Source of the DNA: Mustelus asterias
Lineage: Eukaryota
Assembly (NCBI RefSeq): GCF_964213995.1
Contig: NC_135805.1
Span: forward strand, 145,762,001 to 145,826,000
DNA: 64,000 nt
Reading direction: 5' to 3'
Made by a program: the position numbers and the translations under genes. Each line of letters starts with the position of its first letter. Positions within the stretch are counted from its first letter, which is position 1. Under the pieces are notes generated by a model. That model worked only from the letters and a program-made list of their open reading frames with translations. It had not been told where the DNA came from and did not search any database. Below, piece after piece: positions 27,126 to 39,403 of this stretch.

Positions 27126-28050
27126 AATCCATCACGCAAACCAGCCTCCCATCTATTGACTCTGTCTACATGTGCCGCTGCCTTGGCAAAGCAGCCAGCA
27201 TAATTAAGGACTCCACACAGCCTGGACATACTCTCTTCCACCTTTTCCCATCGCAAAAAGGATGCAAAAGTCTGAGGTCACATACCAAGCGACTCAAAAA
27301 CAACTTCTTCCCTGCAGCCATCAGACTTTTGAATGGATCTAGCTTGCATTAAGTTGATTTTTCTCCACACCCTAGCTATGACTGTAACACTACATTCTGG
27401 ACTCTCTCGTTTCCTTCTCTATGAATGGTATGGTTTGTCTATATAGTGCGCAAAAAACAATACTTTTCACTGTATGCTAATACATGTGACAATAATAAAT
27501 CAAATCAACGTCTGCTCTATCTCTTGGTTGCTAATATGTGTGTGTGGGTTTTACATTGTAACTGTCTGTATTTATAATGGGAACCCGGGTTTATTTTTCA
27601 TCCGATGTCTCACCTATGTGAGTGATGTTATTTTATTCTCTGTACATGTCAAAATCTGCGGAGCAAATTCCAGTAGAACATTTTTTATTTGCTGTGATCT
27701 GGTATTATGACCATTAGTGAGAAGAGTGATCTGGCACATGGTGTATTACTGAAATTGAAACAATATCAAAATTAAAGATAAAGTTTGAGATCCTCGTAGT
27801 GGAATTTAATGTGTTGCTTTTTGTGGTGACTGGGTAGAATGCTTGGATTAATTCTGTACATTTCAATTAGCTGCAGCATCTGATATTTCATTGGCAGCTG
27901 AAGATCTACATTTGTGAGATGATAGGTCCACCTTTCAATTTGATTTGAGGAAAGGATGGTGCTGGGAGTCTGGAATGTACTGCCTGGGAGGGTCGTAGAG
28001 ACAGGAAAAACTCAACCTTTGAAATGTACGTAGATAAACATTTGAATGTC

Positions 28051-28704
28051 ATAACATAGAACCATAGAAAATTACAGCTCAGAAACAGGCCTTTTGGCCC
28101 TTCTTCTCTGTGCTGAACCATTTTATGCCTAGTCCCACTGACCTGCACTTGGACCATATCCCTCCACACCCCTCTCATCCATGAACCCGTCCAAGTTTTT
28201 CTTAAATGTTAAAAGTGACCCCGCATTTACCACTTTATCTGGCAGCTCATTCCACACTCCCACCACTCTCTGCGTGAAGAAGCCCCCCCCTAATATTCCC
28301 TTTAAACTTTTCTCCTTTCACCCTTAATCCATGCCCTCTGGTTTTTTTCTCCCCTAGCCTCAGCGGAAAAAGCCTGCTTGCATTCACTCTATCTATACCC
28401 ATCAAAATCTTATACACCTCTATCAAATCTCCCCTCAATCTTCTACGCTCCAGGGAATAAAGTCCCAACCTATTCAATCTCTCTCTGTAACTCAGCTTCT
28501 CAAGTCCCGGCAACATCCTTGTGAACCTTCTCTGCACTCTTTCAATCTTATTTACATCCTTCCTGTAACTAGGTGACCAAAACTGTACACAATACTCCAA
28601 ATTCGGCCTCACCAATGCCTTATATAACCTTACCATAACACTCCAACTTTTATACTCGATACTCCGATTTATAAAGGCCAATGTACCAAAGGCACTCTTT
28701 ACGA
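28051..28704 (-). mobile_element. CR1 LINE 3' fragment
   Basis: ORF 28247-28711 (RPNLEYCVQFWSP). Absent from block A copy 1. Confidence 0.88.
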
Positions 28705-29959
28705 CAGTCAACGTTATGGCTAAGGGTTGGAAAGAGGAATTAGTGTAGGTTTAGTTTTGTTGGTCCAGAGTCAAAGGGACAAAGGGCCACTTCTGTACGC
28801 TCTCACACTGTGATAATTCTTGGGACTTTGGACTTAGAGAGACTCACTTGCCCTCAGTGATACTGAGCAGAATTGAATTGGGGAAAATGTTTCTGCCTGT
28901 CCTTTAGAGTATGATTGTTTGATGGAACATGTTTACCTAGAACTTGAGATCAATGAAATTCTGAAACTTTATGTTCTCTGTAACAGTGGAATTGATGTTC
29001 TGCCTGTGTCTCTGCACACAAGGATTAACATTGTACCTACTGGCAGTTAGAATGAGACAGAGAAACGTATTCTTCTGTGATGAATCTGCACCTTCGAAAT
29101 GATTTCTTCATCTGTTCACCTAAAGGAAGAAAACATATATCTTGTAACTCAAGCTCAGACGATGTTGATGAAAGAGTCAAATACATTTCTCAATTGATAA
29201 TCAGTAAGAAAAATGTGTTCTACAGATCATAACCAACATTAAAAAATGTTTCTGATTCCACTACCGTACACACAGCCTCAATCTTTCTGGCATTTTAGGT
29301 GCTTTGATAACACTTGACAACATTTAGAATCTATCCACACCAGTACTGCTCAGAGGATGTCACTACCCGGGGGTACAGTGAGACTTCCTCAGATCTGGTT
29401 ACAATTTCCCATTTCACTTACCATTTACTGAAACCAACAGCCGCTGCTAACAGGTTTCTTTCCAGCTTCTGAGCTGGTGCCTCCAATACATTTCCAGTTC
29501 AGATCCCTCCCAACGTTCCAATATTTGTGGGGTAATCGATTGAACAAAGAAAATTACAGCACAGGAACAGCTGAACACCCTACCCTTCTGAGGACCATAT
29601 CCCTCTCTTCCCTTCCGATTCATATATTTGTCAAGACGCCCGTTAAAAGTCACTATCGTATCTATCATTGACCATGCTATAACACCCATTGGTGTTAGGG
29701 GGGTTAGCAGAGTAAATGGATGGGATTACAGGGATAGGGCCTTGTTGGAATTGTTGTTGGTGCAGGCTCGATTGTCTGAATGGCCTCTTTCTGGACTGTA
29801 AGAATTCTATGATTCAGTTAAAGGATTGTTCCCATCCTCACTGTCCCGCCTGTTTCCACCATTCACTGGACAATGCCAACAAACAAGCTGAAACAGGAGC
29901 TGAACCGGGATTATACATCACAGGTTTGAGCAGAGAAAAGCCCGATCATTTTCACTAGC

Positions 29960-30520
29960 AGCTTATTCACCTTCTGGCTCCCTCAGCAGTGTCTCACACA
30001 GTCCCAGGAACGCCTCTCCCTTCCCCCCGGCTCACTCCAATCCCGGAACAGTTTTCCTGCTCCGCTCTGCCTCTTACAAACAGCTCCCGAATCTCCCTGA
30101 ACTTCCCCCGAGTCAGTGAGGATCTCTGAGCTCCTCTGTGTCCACACTCACCAATGGATGTGCTGCTGGGATGTGAACGCTGCTTCCTCGCTGACCTGGG
30201 CGCTGACATTTCCATTTCAGTCAATTTCAAACAAAGGATTTCCGCTCATTGAGGAAATGGGTGAACACAGTAAGAAGTCTCACAACACCAGGTTAAAGTC
30301 CAACAGGTTTATTTGGCAGCACTAGCTTTCGGAGCCCGAAGCCCCTTCTTCGAGTGCTGCCAAATAAATCTGTTGGACTTTAACCTGGTGTTGTGAGACC
30401 TTTTACTGTGCTGACCCCAGTCCAACGCCGGCATCTCCACGAATTAGGCGGGGCCAGGGGAGGGCAGCGCGCATGCGTCAGGGCATCAAGGCTGCGAGCA
30501 GGGCAGCGTCGCGCATGCGC
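29960..30520 (-). promoter_or_regulatory. Paralogous NRF1-type promoter / candidate first exon, interrupted by a hairpin insert
   Basis: GCGCATGCG at ~30469 and ~30511, donors at 30151 and 29970. Roughly 90% similar to 10160-10560. Confidence 0.45.
30261..30440. mobile_element. Palindromic Penelope-derived insert
   Basis: Arm 30266-30322 is mirrored by 30353-30410, ending GGCATCTCCAC. Flanked by GAAATGGG / GAATTAGG where copy 1 has a single GAAATGGG. Confidence 0.8.
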
Positions 30521-31669
30521 TTCTCTCCAAAATCTTTCAAAGAACAAATGCAATTTGCTGAGTTATAATAAAGGCAAAAATACAGCGGATGCTGCAATCT
30601 GAAACCACAACAGAAAATGCTGCAAAATATCAGCAGGTCTGACAGCATCTGTGGAGAGGGAATGGAGCCGACGTTTCGAGTTAGGAAGACGAAGGCTCCA
30701 AACATTCGCTCTTTTCTCTCTCCACAGATGCTGTCAAACCTGCTGAGATTTTCCAGCATTTTCTACCTTTGTTCCAGTTTGCTCAGTCCCCCCATTTGAT
30801 TTGCTCGCAGTTTGAGCAAAGGCAGTTTGACTGTGTTGAAAAGGCAGAGAACGGTTCAAGCTGCTGGATAATCCCTGTCTGAAGTTCAAACTGATCATTC
30901 CCTGCAATGCTTTTGCTTTTTACCAACACAACCTCACCAATACATCCTCACCCCGAATCGGTGTGTTTGCTGTGATATCGCAGGAGTTGATGTCTGATCA
31001 GAACAATCCCAGATTAATTTAATCAGATGGAAAATGTTGGCGATTGAGCATCTATCCAAGAATTTGATTGAAATAGTCCAGATAATTCCAGAGGTTTTGG
31101 ACCATACATTTCTGACATTATTGACAGGATCCTTTTACACATTCCGGGAGTTTGGATTAATCATGTGTCTGCCTCAAGTACAGGATCGGTGAGATACAAC
31201 TTCTCTCGTCGCTTGGAAAGTGTCCAAGGTGGAGTGAGCCTGTTTAGATCAGACTTATTGTTCAACAGTAAAATTCTCAACTCGCCTGGGAGAGGAGTTT
31301 TCTGGGAATGGAATGGAATGGAATGGGAGCTGGGATTGAAATGGGGGCAGACAGTTGGACTCGTTATAAAAAGGATAGTACTGAGGCAGGAATCTTACTA
31401 ATAAGTCTGGATTCAATAAATCCTGGCTTCTAACCAGCTTGTCTACGACATTCCAGTTTATATGTTTTGTTCCACGCTGTCTTTTCACTTTTGTTTAGAA
31501 TTTCATTCGAAAATTTCAGAGCAGGGAGGAGGAGGAGCTGGTTGACTGCTTTGGCGGGGTTAAGTTGATCTCCAGCTTGATCTACAGTTTGAACTTCAGA
31601 CAGGGATTATCCAGCACATTGATCCGTTCTCTGAAGAATTTCTGTGAGATTTTTTCCTGGAGAATTTTT

Positions 31670-33183
31670 TCCCGGGAAGCAGTCACGTACACTCCATTTC
31701 GTCCATCGTGTCTGCATAGGCCATCCAGTACCTATCTATTCTGATCCCATATTCCAGCATTTGGTCCTTAGCCTTGTGTGCTATGGCATTCCAACTGTTC
31801 ATCTAAATGATCCTGCCTATTACCTTAAATCTATGCTCCCAGATTATTGGCCCTTCCACTAAGGGAAAGAGTTCATTCTGATCTATCATCTCTTCTCCAA
31901 GGAAAACAATCCCAGCATCATCAAACTTTCTTCAAAGCAGAAACACTCCAGCTCAGGTAACATCCTGGTGAATCTCCTCGGCACCCTCTCTGGTGCAATT
32001 AAATACTAAACCTGAAACAGGAGGAGGCCATTCAGCCCTTCGAGCCTGCTCCGCCATTCGTTTTGATCATGGGTGATCATCAAGTTCAATATCCTGATAT
32101 ACACACTCCCACCACCATTCCCCCCCCGCCACACCCCCCGTAACCCCCATATCCCTTGATCCCTTTGGCCCTAAGAGCTATATCTAATTTCTTCTTGAAA
32201 TCAGACGTTTTAGCCTCAACTACTTTCTGTGGTAGTGAATTCCACACATTTGCCACCTTCTGGGTGAAGAAAATCTTAAATGTTTACTCCTTATCCTCAA
32301 ATTATGACCTCTGGTTCTGGACTCCTCCACCATTGGGAATATTCTTTTTGAATTTACCCTGTCTAACTCTGTTAGCATTTTATAATTGCTATGAGATCCC
32401 ATCTCACTCTTCTAAACTGCAGTGAATATAATACTAACTGACATAGTGTCTCCTCATATGACAGATCTACCATCCCAGAAATCAGCCTGGTAAACCGTCA
32501 CTGTACTCCTTCGATAGCAAGGACATCCTTTCTCAAATAAGGACAGCAAAACTGCACACAATACTCCAGGTTTGGCCTCACCAATGCCCTATACAATTGC
32601 AGCGAACCATCCCTATCCATATACTCAAATCATAATACGATGAAGGCCAACATACCATTTGCCTTCTTTACTGCCTACTGTACCAGCGTGCTTACTTTCA
32701 ATGACTGATACATAAGGACACCAAGGTCTTGCTCAGTATCCACGTCTCCCAATTTACATCCATTCAAGTAATAATCTGTCTTCCTATTATTGCTAACAAG
32801 CAGACTAACCTCACATTTATCCACATTATACTGCATCTGCCATGCAATGCCCACACAGTCGGCCTGTGCAAATCACATTGAAGCACATCTGCGTCATCCT
32901 CACAGCTCACTGTCCCACTCAACTTTGTATCATCTGCAAATTTGGACATAATACATTCAATTTCCTTTTCCAAATCTGTAATATATAATGTGAACAGTTG
33001 GAGTCCTAGCACAGATCCCTGCAGAACGCTACTAGTCACTGACTTCTAAACAGAAAAGGACCCATTTATGCCAACTCTTTGCTTCCTATCTGCTAACCAG
33101 CTTTCTACCTATTTCAAGACATTACCTGCAATCCCATGTGCTTTAATTTTACACATTCGTCTGTTATGTGAGACCTCGTCAAA
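31670..33183 (-). mobile_element. Old decayed CR1 LINE fragments
   Basis: Short ORFs with QGSVLG/FADD (32764-33039) and a CR1 C-terminal remnant (32220-32402). Confidence 0.75.
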
Positions 33184-33708
33184 AACTAGGACTTTACTAT
33201 TTTCACCTTTTCCCAATTTTAAGTTGAATTCAATAGGCAACTCCCCTAGGTTGACAGACTCCCCTGGTATAAACACACCCCTGATATACACATTCCCAAG
33301 GTTTAGACACACCCCTGCTATAATCATTCCTCTGGTCTATACACTCTCCTGTTTTGCACACTCCCCTTGCTTTGCATACTACCCTGGTTTACACACTCCC
33401 CTGATTACACACTCTACTGACTGACACACTCCCCTGCTTTACATGTTCCCCTACTTTGCGCACTCCCCTGGTTTGTGCACTCCCTTGGTTTACACACTCC
33501 TCTGATTTGCACACTGCCCTAGCTTGCACACTCCCCTGGTTTCCTCACTCCCCTGGTTTGTGCACACTTCCTGGTTTACACGCTCCTCTGGTTTGCCCAC
33601 TGCCCTGGTTTACGCACTCCCCCGGTTCATGCAGTTTCCTGGTTTGTTCGCTCCCCTGGTTTTATCTCCCCTGGTTTGAATACTTCCCTGACTGATACTC
33701 ACCACCAG

Positions 33709-34279
33709 TGTTGTGGGGAAAATCCACTAGTAGTCAGACTTCGAGATTCAGAAAATACGATTTATTAAACGGAGCTCCGGGAGGTAAGGCACAAGTTCGT
33801 AGAACACCTTTTCTCACTAGTATGTCGGGAGTGGTTCATTTTTATACCCTTTACACAATGGGTAAGCTGGTGATTCGAACATTATAACATTGTTTAAGTA
33901 AGTACAAGCAGGTATAGACATTTAACATTTTATGAATGGGTACATTTCCTCATGTCTGTATCTGTCAATGGTCAGTTTCGTCTCATTCAGGTGCTAATTG
34001 GTTTCCTCGCATTCATATTTTCCCGCGTTAATCTAAGCTCATTGTTTCGGGTTTTCCTTATCTTAAAAGATGTTTTGACCCTTGGCTTGGCTTCCTGAGG
34101 TGTTTGTTTGCTATGAGTCACTGTCTGTGATTTGGGAATGGCTTGTCTGTTAGGTTTTGATTTAAAGTGATTTCTGAACAGCGGGAGCCTGTGTCTCCTT
34201 TTTGGCTTCTTTCCCAGTTAACCCTTTATGTGCCAGGCAGCCATTTTAAAGTGTGCTCCCTTGTATTTTTCCCCTTACA
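33709..34279 (-). mobile_element. Solo LTR (family X), inverted relative to 37116-37703
   Basis: Reverse complement starts TGTAAGGGGAAAAA and ends CCCCACAACA. TATA- and AATAAA-like signals. Flanks CCAG/CTAG. Confidence 0.75.
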
Positions 34280-34800
34280 CTAGTAAACACACCCCGGTGG
34301 TTTGCACACTCCTTTGGTTTGCACATCCCCTGGTTTGTGTACTCCCCTGCTTTACACCCTCCCCTGTTTACCAATCTCAAATAGTAAACTCACTCCCCTG
34401 GTTCACACATTCCCCTGATTAACCACATCCCCTTGTAAACACTCCCCTGATTTAAACAGTCCCCTGGTTTGTGCACTGCCTTTGCCTACACACTCCTCTG
34501 GTTTACAAAGTCCTCTGGTTTACACACTCCCATGGTATGCACACTCCCCTGGTTTGCACACACCCTGTCTTGCGCACTCCCTGGTTTGTGCACTCCCCTG
34601 GTTTGCACAGTCCCTGGTTTAGACGCACTAGGTTGTGCATTCCCCTGATTTGCACAATTCCCTGGTTTGCACGCACTTCTCATTTCATGCACTCCCCTGA
34701 TTTACACACTCCCCTGATTTACACACTCCCCTGGTTCGCACACTACCCTGGTTTGCACACACCCCTCGTTTATGCACTCTCCTGGTTTGCACACTCCCCT

Positions 34801-35667
34801 TGATGGGGGATAGTATCGAATTCTAGTATCAGGCCCTTCATTTTACTTTTACCATATTAAGTAGACTAGATTAAGGTAATTGTAAAGTGCCTTATATATT
34901 TATATATAATATGTAATTCACAATTTGCCTGGAACAAAATATGCAAAGCTATTATAAATTGCAAAGGTATTAGAAACTATATATCCACAAATTAACCAAG
35001 TATTATAAGCTTAAACTGTATTTTGAACCATGTATTGTGTGTCTTGGCCAACGTTGTTCTGAATGCAGCATGATGGGAAACACAGTGGTAGACAATTCAA
35101 ATTCTGTTAATACAATGGAACACAGAAAAACAGCTTCTGTTATCTGTTTTTGGATATGCGAAAGGTAAGTTTACTCACAGGCCTAGTATGTAAGGGAGTG
35201 GATTCGTTCATGAGGAGCGAAGCTGGAGCAGTCTCTCAAGCTGAGAAAGGAGGCCCAGGTTCACAGGTGTTGGCTATGGCCTTGGTTACTGGTAATGACG
35301 TGGGCTAGATTTCCTAGGTAAAGGGGAAGGAACCTACATGGGCAATAAGTTAATAATTTCCTATTCCAGTTGACAGGTGGAACGTTATTGGCTGAGGTAA
35401 TAATGTGTGATGTTGTGATTGGGCCTCCAGTCTGACTGCTGAGACGAGGTGGGATATTGAAATGTTCAGAATAATATAATAATTTTACATAGCAATATTA
35501 GGTCAGAGAGCACAGTCAACCCTCAATGACTGTGTCTCTCTCCTGATGCATGCATTAGCAAATTAATTCATTTTCATTCTTTCAATATATGTAGTCTATA
35601 TATTGATTGAGGTTCAACAAATACAGGGCACCCCAAGAGGAACACCCTTCAGAAAATTCCTCTTACA
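34801..35667 (+). mobile_element. Solo LTR (family Y), 867 bp, 5-bp TSD
   Basis: TG...CA termini and CCCCT duplicated at 34796-34800 and 35668-35672. TATA-like ATATATAA at ~35474. Orientation is inferred. Confidence 0.75.
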
Positions 35668-37115
35668 CCCCTGATTTGCATACGCCCCTGATTTGCACGC
35701 GCCCCTGATTTGCACACTCTCCCAGTTTGCACACTGCCTTGATTGACACAGTCCCCTAGTGTGAGCACTCCCCGGGTTTGCACAGTCCTCTGGTTTGCAC
35801 ATTGCTCTGGTTTGTGCACTCGCCTGGTTTACACACTCCCCCAGTTTACACACTCCCCTAGTTTACACACACCCCTGGTTTCTGCACTCCCTTGGTTTGC
35901 ACATTCCCCTGGATTGTGCGCTCCCCTGGTTTGTGCACTCCCATGTTTTGCACCCACCCCTGGTTTGCCCACTCCCCTGGTTTGCACACTTTCCTGGTTT
36001 ACACACTCCTCTGAATAACACACTCCCTGGTTTGCACAATCTCCTGATTTGTACAGTCCCCTGGTTTGTGCACTCCCATGTTTTGCACCCACCCCTGGTT
36101 TGCCCACTCCCCTGGTTTGCACACTTTCCTGGTTTACACACTCCTCTGAATAACACACTCCCTGGTTTGCACAATCTCCTGATTTGTGCAGTCCCCTGGT
36201 TTGTGCACTCCACAGGATTGTGCACTCCCCTAGTTTGTGCACTCCCCTAGTTTGTATATGTCCCTGATTTGCACACTCTCCCAGTTTGCACACTGCACTG
36301 GTTAACACAGTCCCGTATTGTGTGCACTCCTCTGGTTTGCACATTTCTCTGGTTTGTGCACTCCCCTGGTTTACACACTTCCCTGGTTTACTCACTCCCC
36401 TGGTTTACACACTTCGCTGGTTTACACACTTCCCTGGTTTACACACTCCCCTGGTTTCTGCACTCCCTTGGTTTGCACACTCCCCTGGATTGCGCACTCC
36501 CCTGGATTGCGCACTCCCCTGGATTGCGCACTCCCCTGGATTGCGCACTCCCCTGGATTGCGCACTCCCCTGGATTGCGCACTCCCCTGGATTGCGCACT
36601 CCCCTGGATTGCGCACTCCCCTGGATTGCGCACTCCCCTGGATTGCGCACTCCCCTGGATTGCGCACTCCCCTGGATTGCGCACTCCCCTGGATTGCGCA
36701 CTCCCCTGGATTGCGCACTCCCCTGGATTGCGCACTCCCCTGGATTGCGCACTCCCCTGGATTGCGCACTCCCCTGGATTGCGCACTCCCCTGGATTGCG
36801 CACTCCCCTGGATTGCGCACTCCCCTGGATTGCGCACTCCCCTGGTTTGCGCACTCTGCTGGTTTGCACACTCCGCTGGTTTGCACACTCCTCTGAATTG
36901 CGCACTCCCCTGGTTAACACAGTCCCTGTTTTGCACAATCTCCTGGTTTGCGCAGTTCCCTGGTTTGTGCAGTCCCTTGGTTTGCGCAGTTCCCTGGTTT
37001 GTGCACTCTCCTGGTTTATACACTCCCCTGGATTGCGCACTCCCCTGGTTAACATACTCCCTCTTTTGTGCAATCTCCTGGTTTGTGCAGTCCCCTGCTT
37101 TGCACAGTTCCCTGG

Positions 37116-37703
37116 TGTAAGGGGAAAAATGTAAGGAAAGCACACTTTAAAATAGCTGCCTGGCACATAAAAAGTTAACTGGGAAAGGAACCATAAAGCA
37201 GACACCGGCTTCCACTTATACAAAGATCACTTCAAATCAAACCCAACAGACAAGCCATTTAAAAATCACAGTGATTTAAAGTAAACAAACACTTCAGGAA
37301 GCCAGCCAAGGATCAAGACATCTTTTAGATAAGGAAAAAACCCGAGGCAAAGGGAATAGATTAGTCATAGGAAGAGCGGGAAAATATGAATGCAGGAAAA
37401 CCGATTAGCACCTGAATGAGCCGAAACCAACCATTGATAGCCACAGACATAGGAAATGTACCCATTCATAAGAACAATACTATGTCAAATGTCTGTATCT
37501 GTTTGTATCTGCCTTTAACGATGTGATAATGTTCAAATCTCCGGTCCATCTATTGTGTAGAAAGTATAAAGATGGACCGTTCCCGTCATTTTACTGAGAG
37601 AAGGTTTGCTACAGACTTGTGCCTTGTCTCCACGGAGCTCTGTTGAATAAACTGTGTTTTGGAATCTCGAGATCTGACGACTAGTGGATTTTTTCCCACA
37701 ACA
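37116..37703 (+). mobile_element. Solo LTR (family X)
   Basis: TGTAAGGGGAAAAA...TTCCCACAACA, TATAAA at 37565, flanks CCTGG/TCTGG. Diverged homologue of 33709-34279. Confidence 0.78.
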
Positions 37704-38169
37704 TCTGGATTGCACACTCCCCTGGTTCACGCACTCCCCTGGTTTGCGCATTCCTCCGGTTTGCACACTCATCTGGTTTATGAAGTCCCCTGGTTCACGC
37801 AGTCACCTGCTTTGAGCACCGCCTTGGTTTATGTCCTGCCTGCTTTTAAATATTCCCCTGGTTTTAAACGCTCCCCTGCTCTGCACAGTCGCCTGATAAA
37901 CACAATCCTCGTAAAGTCCACTTCTCTGATCTGTTTCAAAAGCAATTCTATCCCCCTTTGTGAATGTACCTATGCTTGCACCACAGTTATGCACTGTGAT
38001 ATGCATGTATTCTAATGCTGTATTCATACCGCATCTGACATCCTTTGCTATGCATGTGTCAGTATCAGAGTCGTAGATTGTTATAGCATGGAAACAGGCC
38101 CGTCAGCCCAACTTGTCCATGTAAACCAGTTTGTGTAATAGTGCTCTTCATTCTGATATTGACACAGAG

Positions 38170-38460
38170 CTCGATACTGGATTACATTGCTGCCTCACAG
38201 CGTCAGGGATCCAGGATCGATTCTCAATTTGGGACACTGTGTGAATTTTGAGGGTTCTCCCCGTGTCAGCATGGATTTACTTTGAGTATTCTGGTTTCCT
38301 CCCACAGTCCAAAGGGCATGCTGTTTCGATGCAATGGCCAAGATAAATTCTCCCTCAGTGTACCTGAACAGGCATCAGAGTATGGCGACTAGGGGGTTTT
38401 CAGAGTAACTTCATTGCAGTGTTAATATAAGCCGACTTGTGATACTGATAAATAACCTTA
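38170..38460 (+). mobile_element. Degenerate tRNA-derived SINE
   Basis: TGCTGCCTCACAGCGTCAGGGATCCAGGATCGATTC...GGTTTCCTCCCACAGTCCAAAG...AACTTCATTGCAGTGTTAAT. Absent from the paralogue at ~59232. Confidence 0.7.
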
Positions 38461-38489
38461 AATTCTATTTAATACTCAATATTCATTCT

Positions 38490-39050
38490 CCCATTTTCTC
38501 TCAGTCTCTGTGTCTGTAATTCTGTATCTGTCGTTCAATTTCTATGTCCCTCTATGTGTCACTGCCCTACTATATCTCTCAGTCTATCTGTCTTTCTCTG
38601 TCACTGTGCCTTGCATCTCAGTGAGGCTGTCTACGTCTCGCTCTATGTGCATCGCTATGTGTCTCTACATCTCAATCTCACTCTGTGTCCCTCTGTTTCT
38701 GTTTGTCTCTCTATGCTTCCCATTCTCTGCCTCAGTCGTGCTGTCCCCCTATCTCTCTCTCCTCTCTCTGTCTCACTTTCTCTAACTTTAACTTTGCTGT
38801 GTGCGTTTGTGACTCTCTCTCTCTCTATCTCTCTCACCCTCTCTCTCTCCACCTATATATATCTCCCATTCAACCCCTCCATCTCCATCTAACTTTACCT
38901 TTGTCTTTCTCAATGTTTTTTCTCATTCTTTCTCTAACTCTGCCTCTCTGTTCTTCAATCTCCTGTTTCTCTTTTCTCCATCTCCCTCACTCGAAGTCTC
39001 ACCATCTCTGTCTCTTTGTCCCTGGCTATGTGTCTCCACATCTCTCTCAT
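38490..39050. repeat. CT-rich low-complexity tract (shorter paralogue at 59250-59460)
   Basis: Degenerate (CT)n/(CTGT)n sequence. Confidence 0.8.
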
Positions 39051-39403
39051 TTGCAGTATTTTATTGCGTGTGTTGTGGACAAAATGCTAACATGGAACTC
39101 TGACACTCACTGTGAACACTGCTGTGGTGTTGTGGGTGAGACGGTCCCTACACTGTCTCCTCAGAACATCCTGGTCCATTATTTTATTTTTAGTTTTTAA
39201 ATCTCCAGTTCGGATCAGAATGGTCAGAGTCTGTCTGTGACTGTCAACAACTACACTATCAGCGGCTGTGGGACTATTCTTTAACTGGACGTCCCTGCTG
39301 TTTGAGTTCAGGGTTTAGTGTTACTGAGCAGTGCAGGACGATAACCTCAAACTGGAAAATCTCGAGGTTTAGAGAAGAGATCATTTGCATTTTCACCATG
39401 AAG

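Larger units (their letters stand above)
22627..27508 (+). mobile_element. Rex1/Babar-like LINE 3' portion broken into three pieces (22627-22729, 25110-25208, 27126-27508)
   Basis: The pieces are consecutive segments of the element at 57607-58735, reverse complemented (GCCCACCAATGCCTCTAC, GGCTGCATCACAGCTTG, ATCACGCAAACCAGCCTCCC), ending in an (AATCA)n tail. Confidence 0.8.
16335..31540. repeat. Segmental duplication block A, copy 2 (expanded by TE insertions, H4 missing)
   Basis: Collinear with 815-11300. Similarity stops at GGAGGAGGAGCTG (~31540), about 160 bp short of where the H4 ATG would be. Confidence 0.85.
33240..37900. repeat. 17-bp minisatellite array (consensus GCACACTCCCCTGGTTT) interrupted by three solo LTRs
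   Basis: Degenerate units at 33240-33700, 34280-34800, 35668-37115 and 37704-37900. About 21 perfect TCCCCTGGATTGCGCAC units at 36481-36845. 135-bp higher-order duplication at 35922/36057. Confidence 0.95.

Noticed and set aside
36481-36845. Perfect short direct repeats resembling a CRISPR array; long repetitive ORFs in all frames (35614-37223, 57072-57694)
   Set aside because: Units are head-to-tail with no spacers, in a eukaryotic context. The ORFs arise because the 17-mer has no stop codon in any frame.
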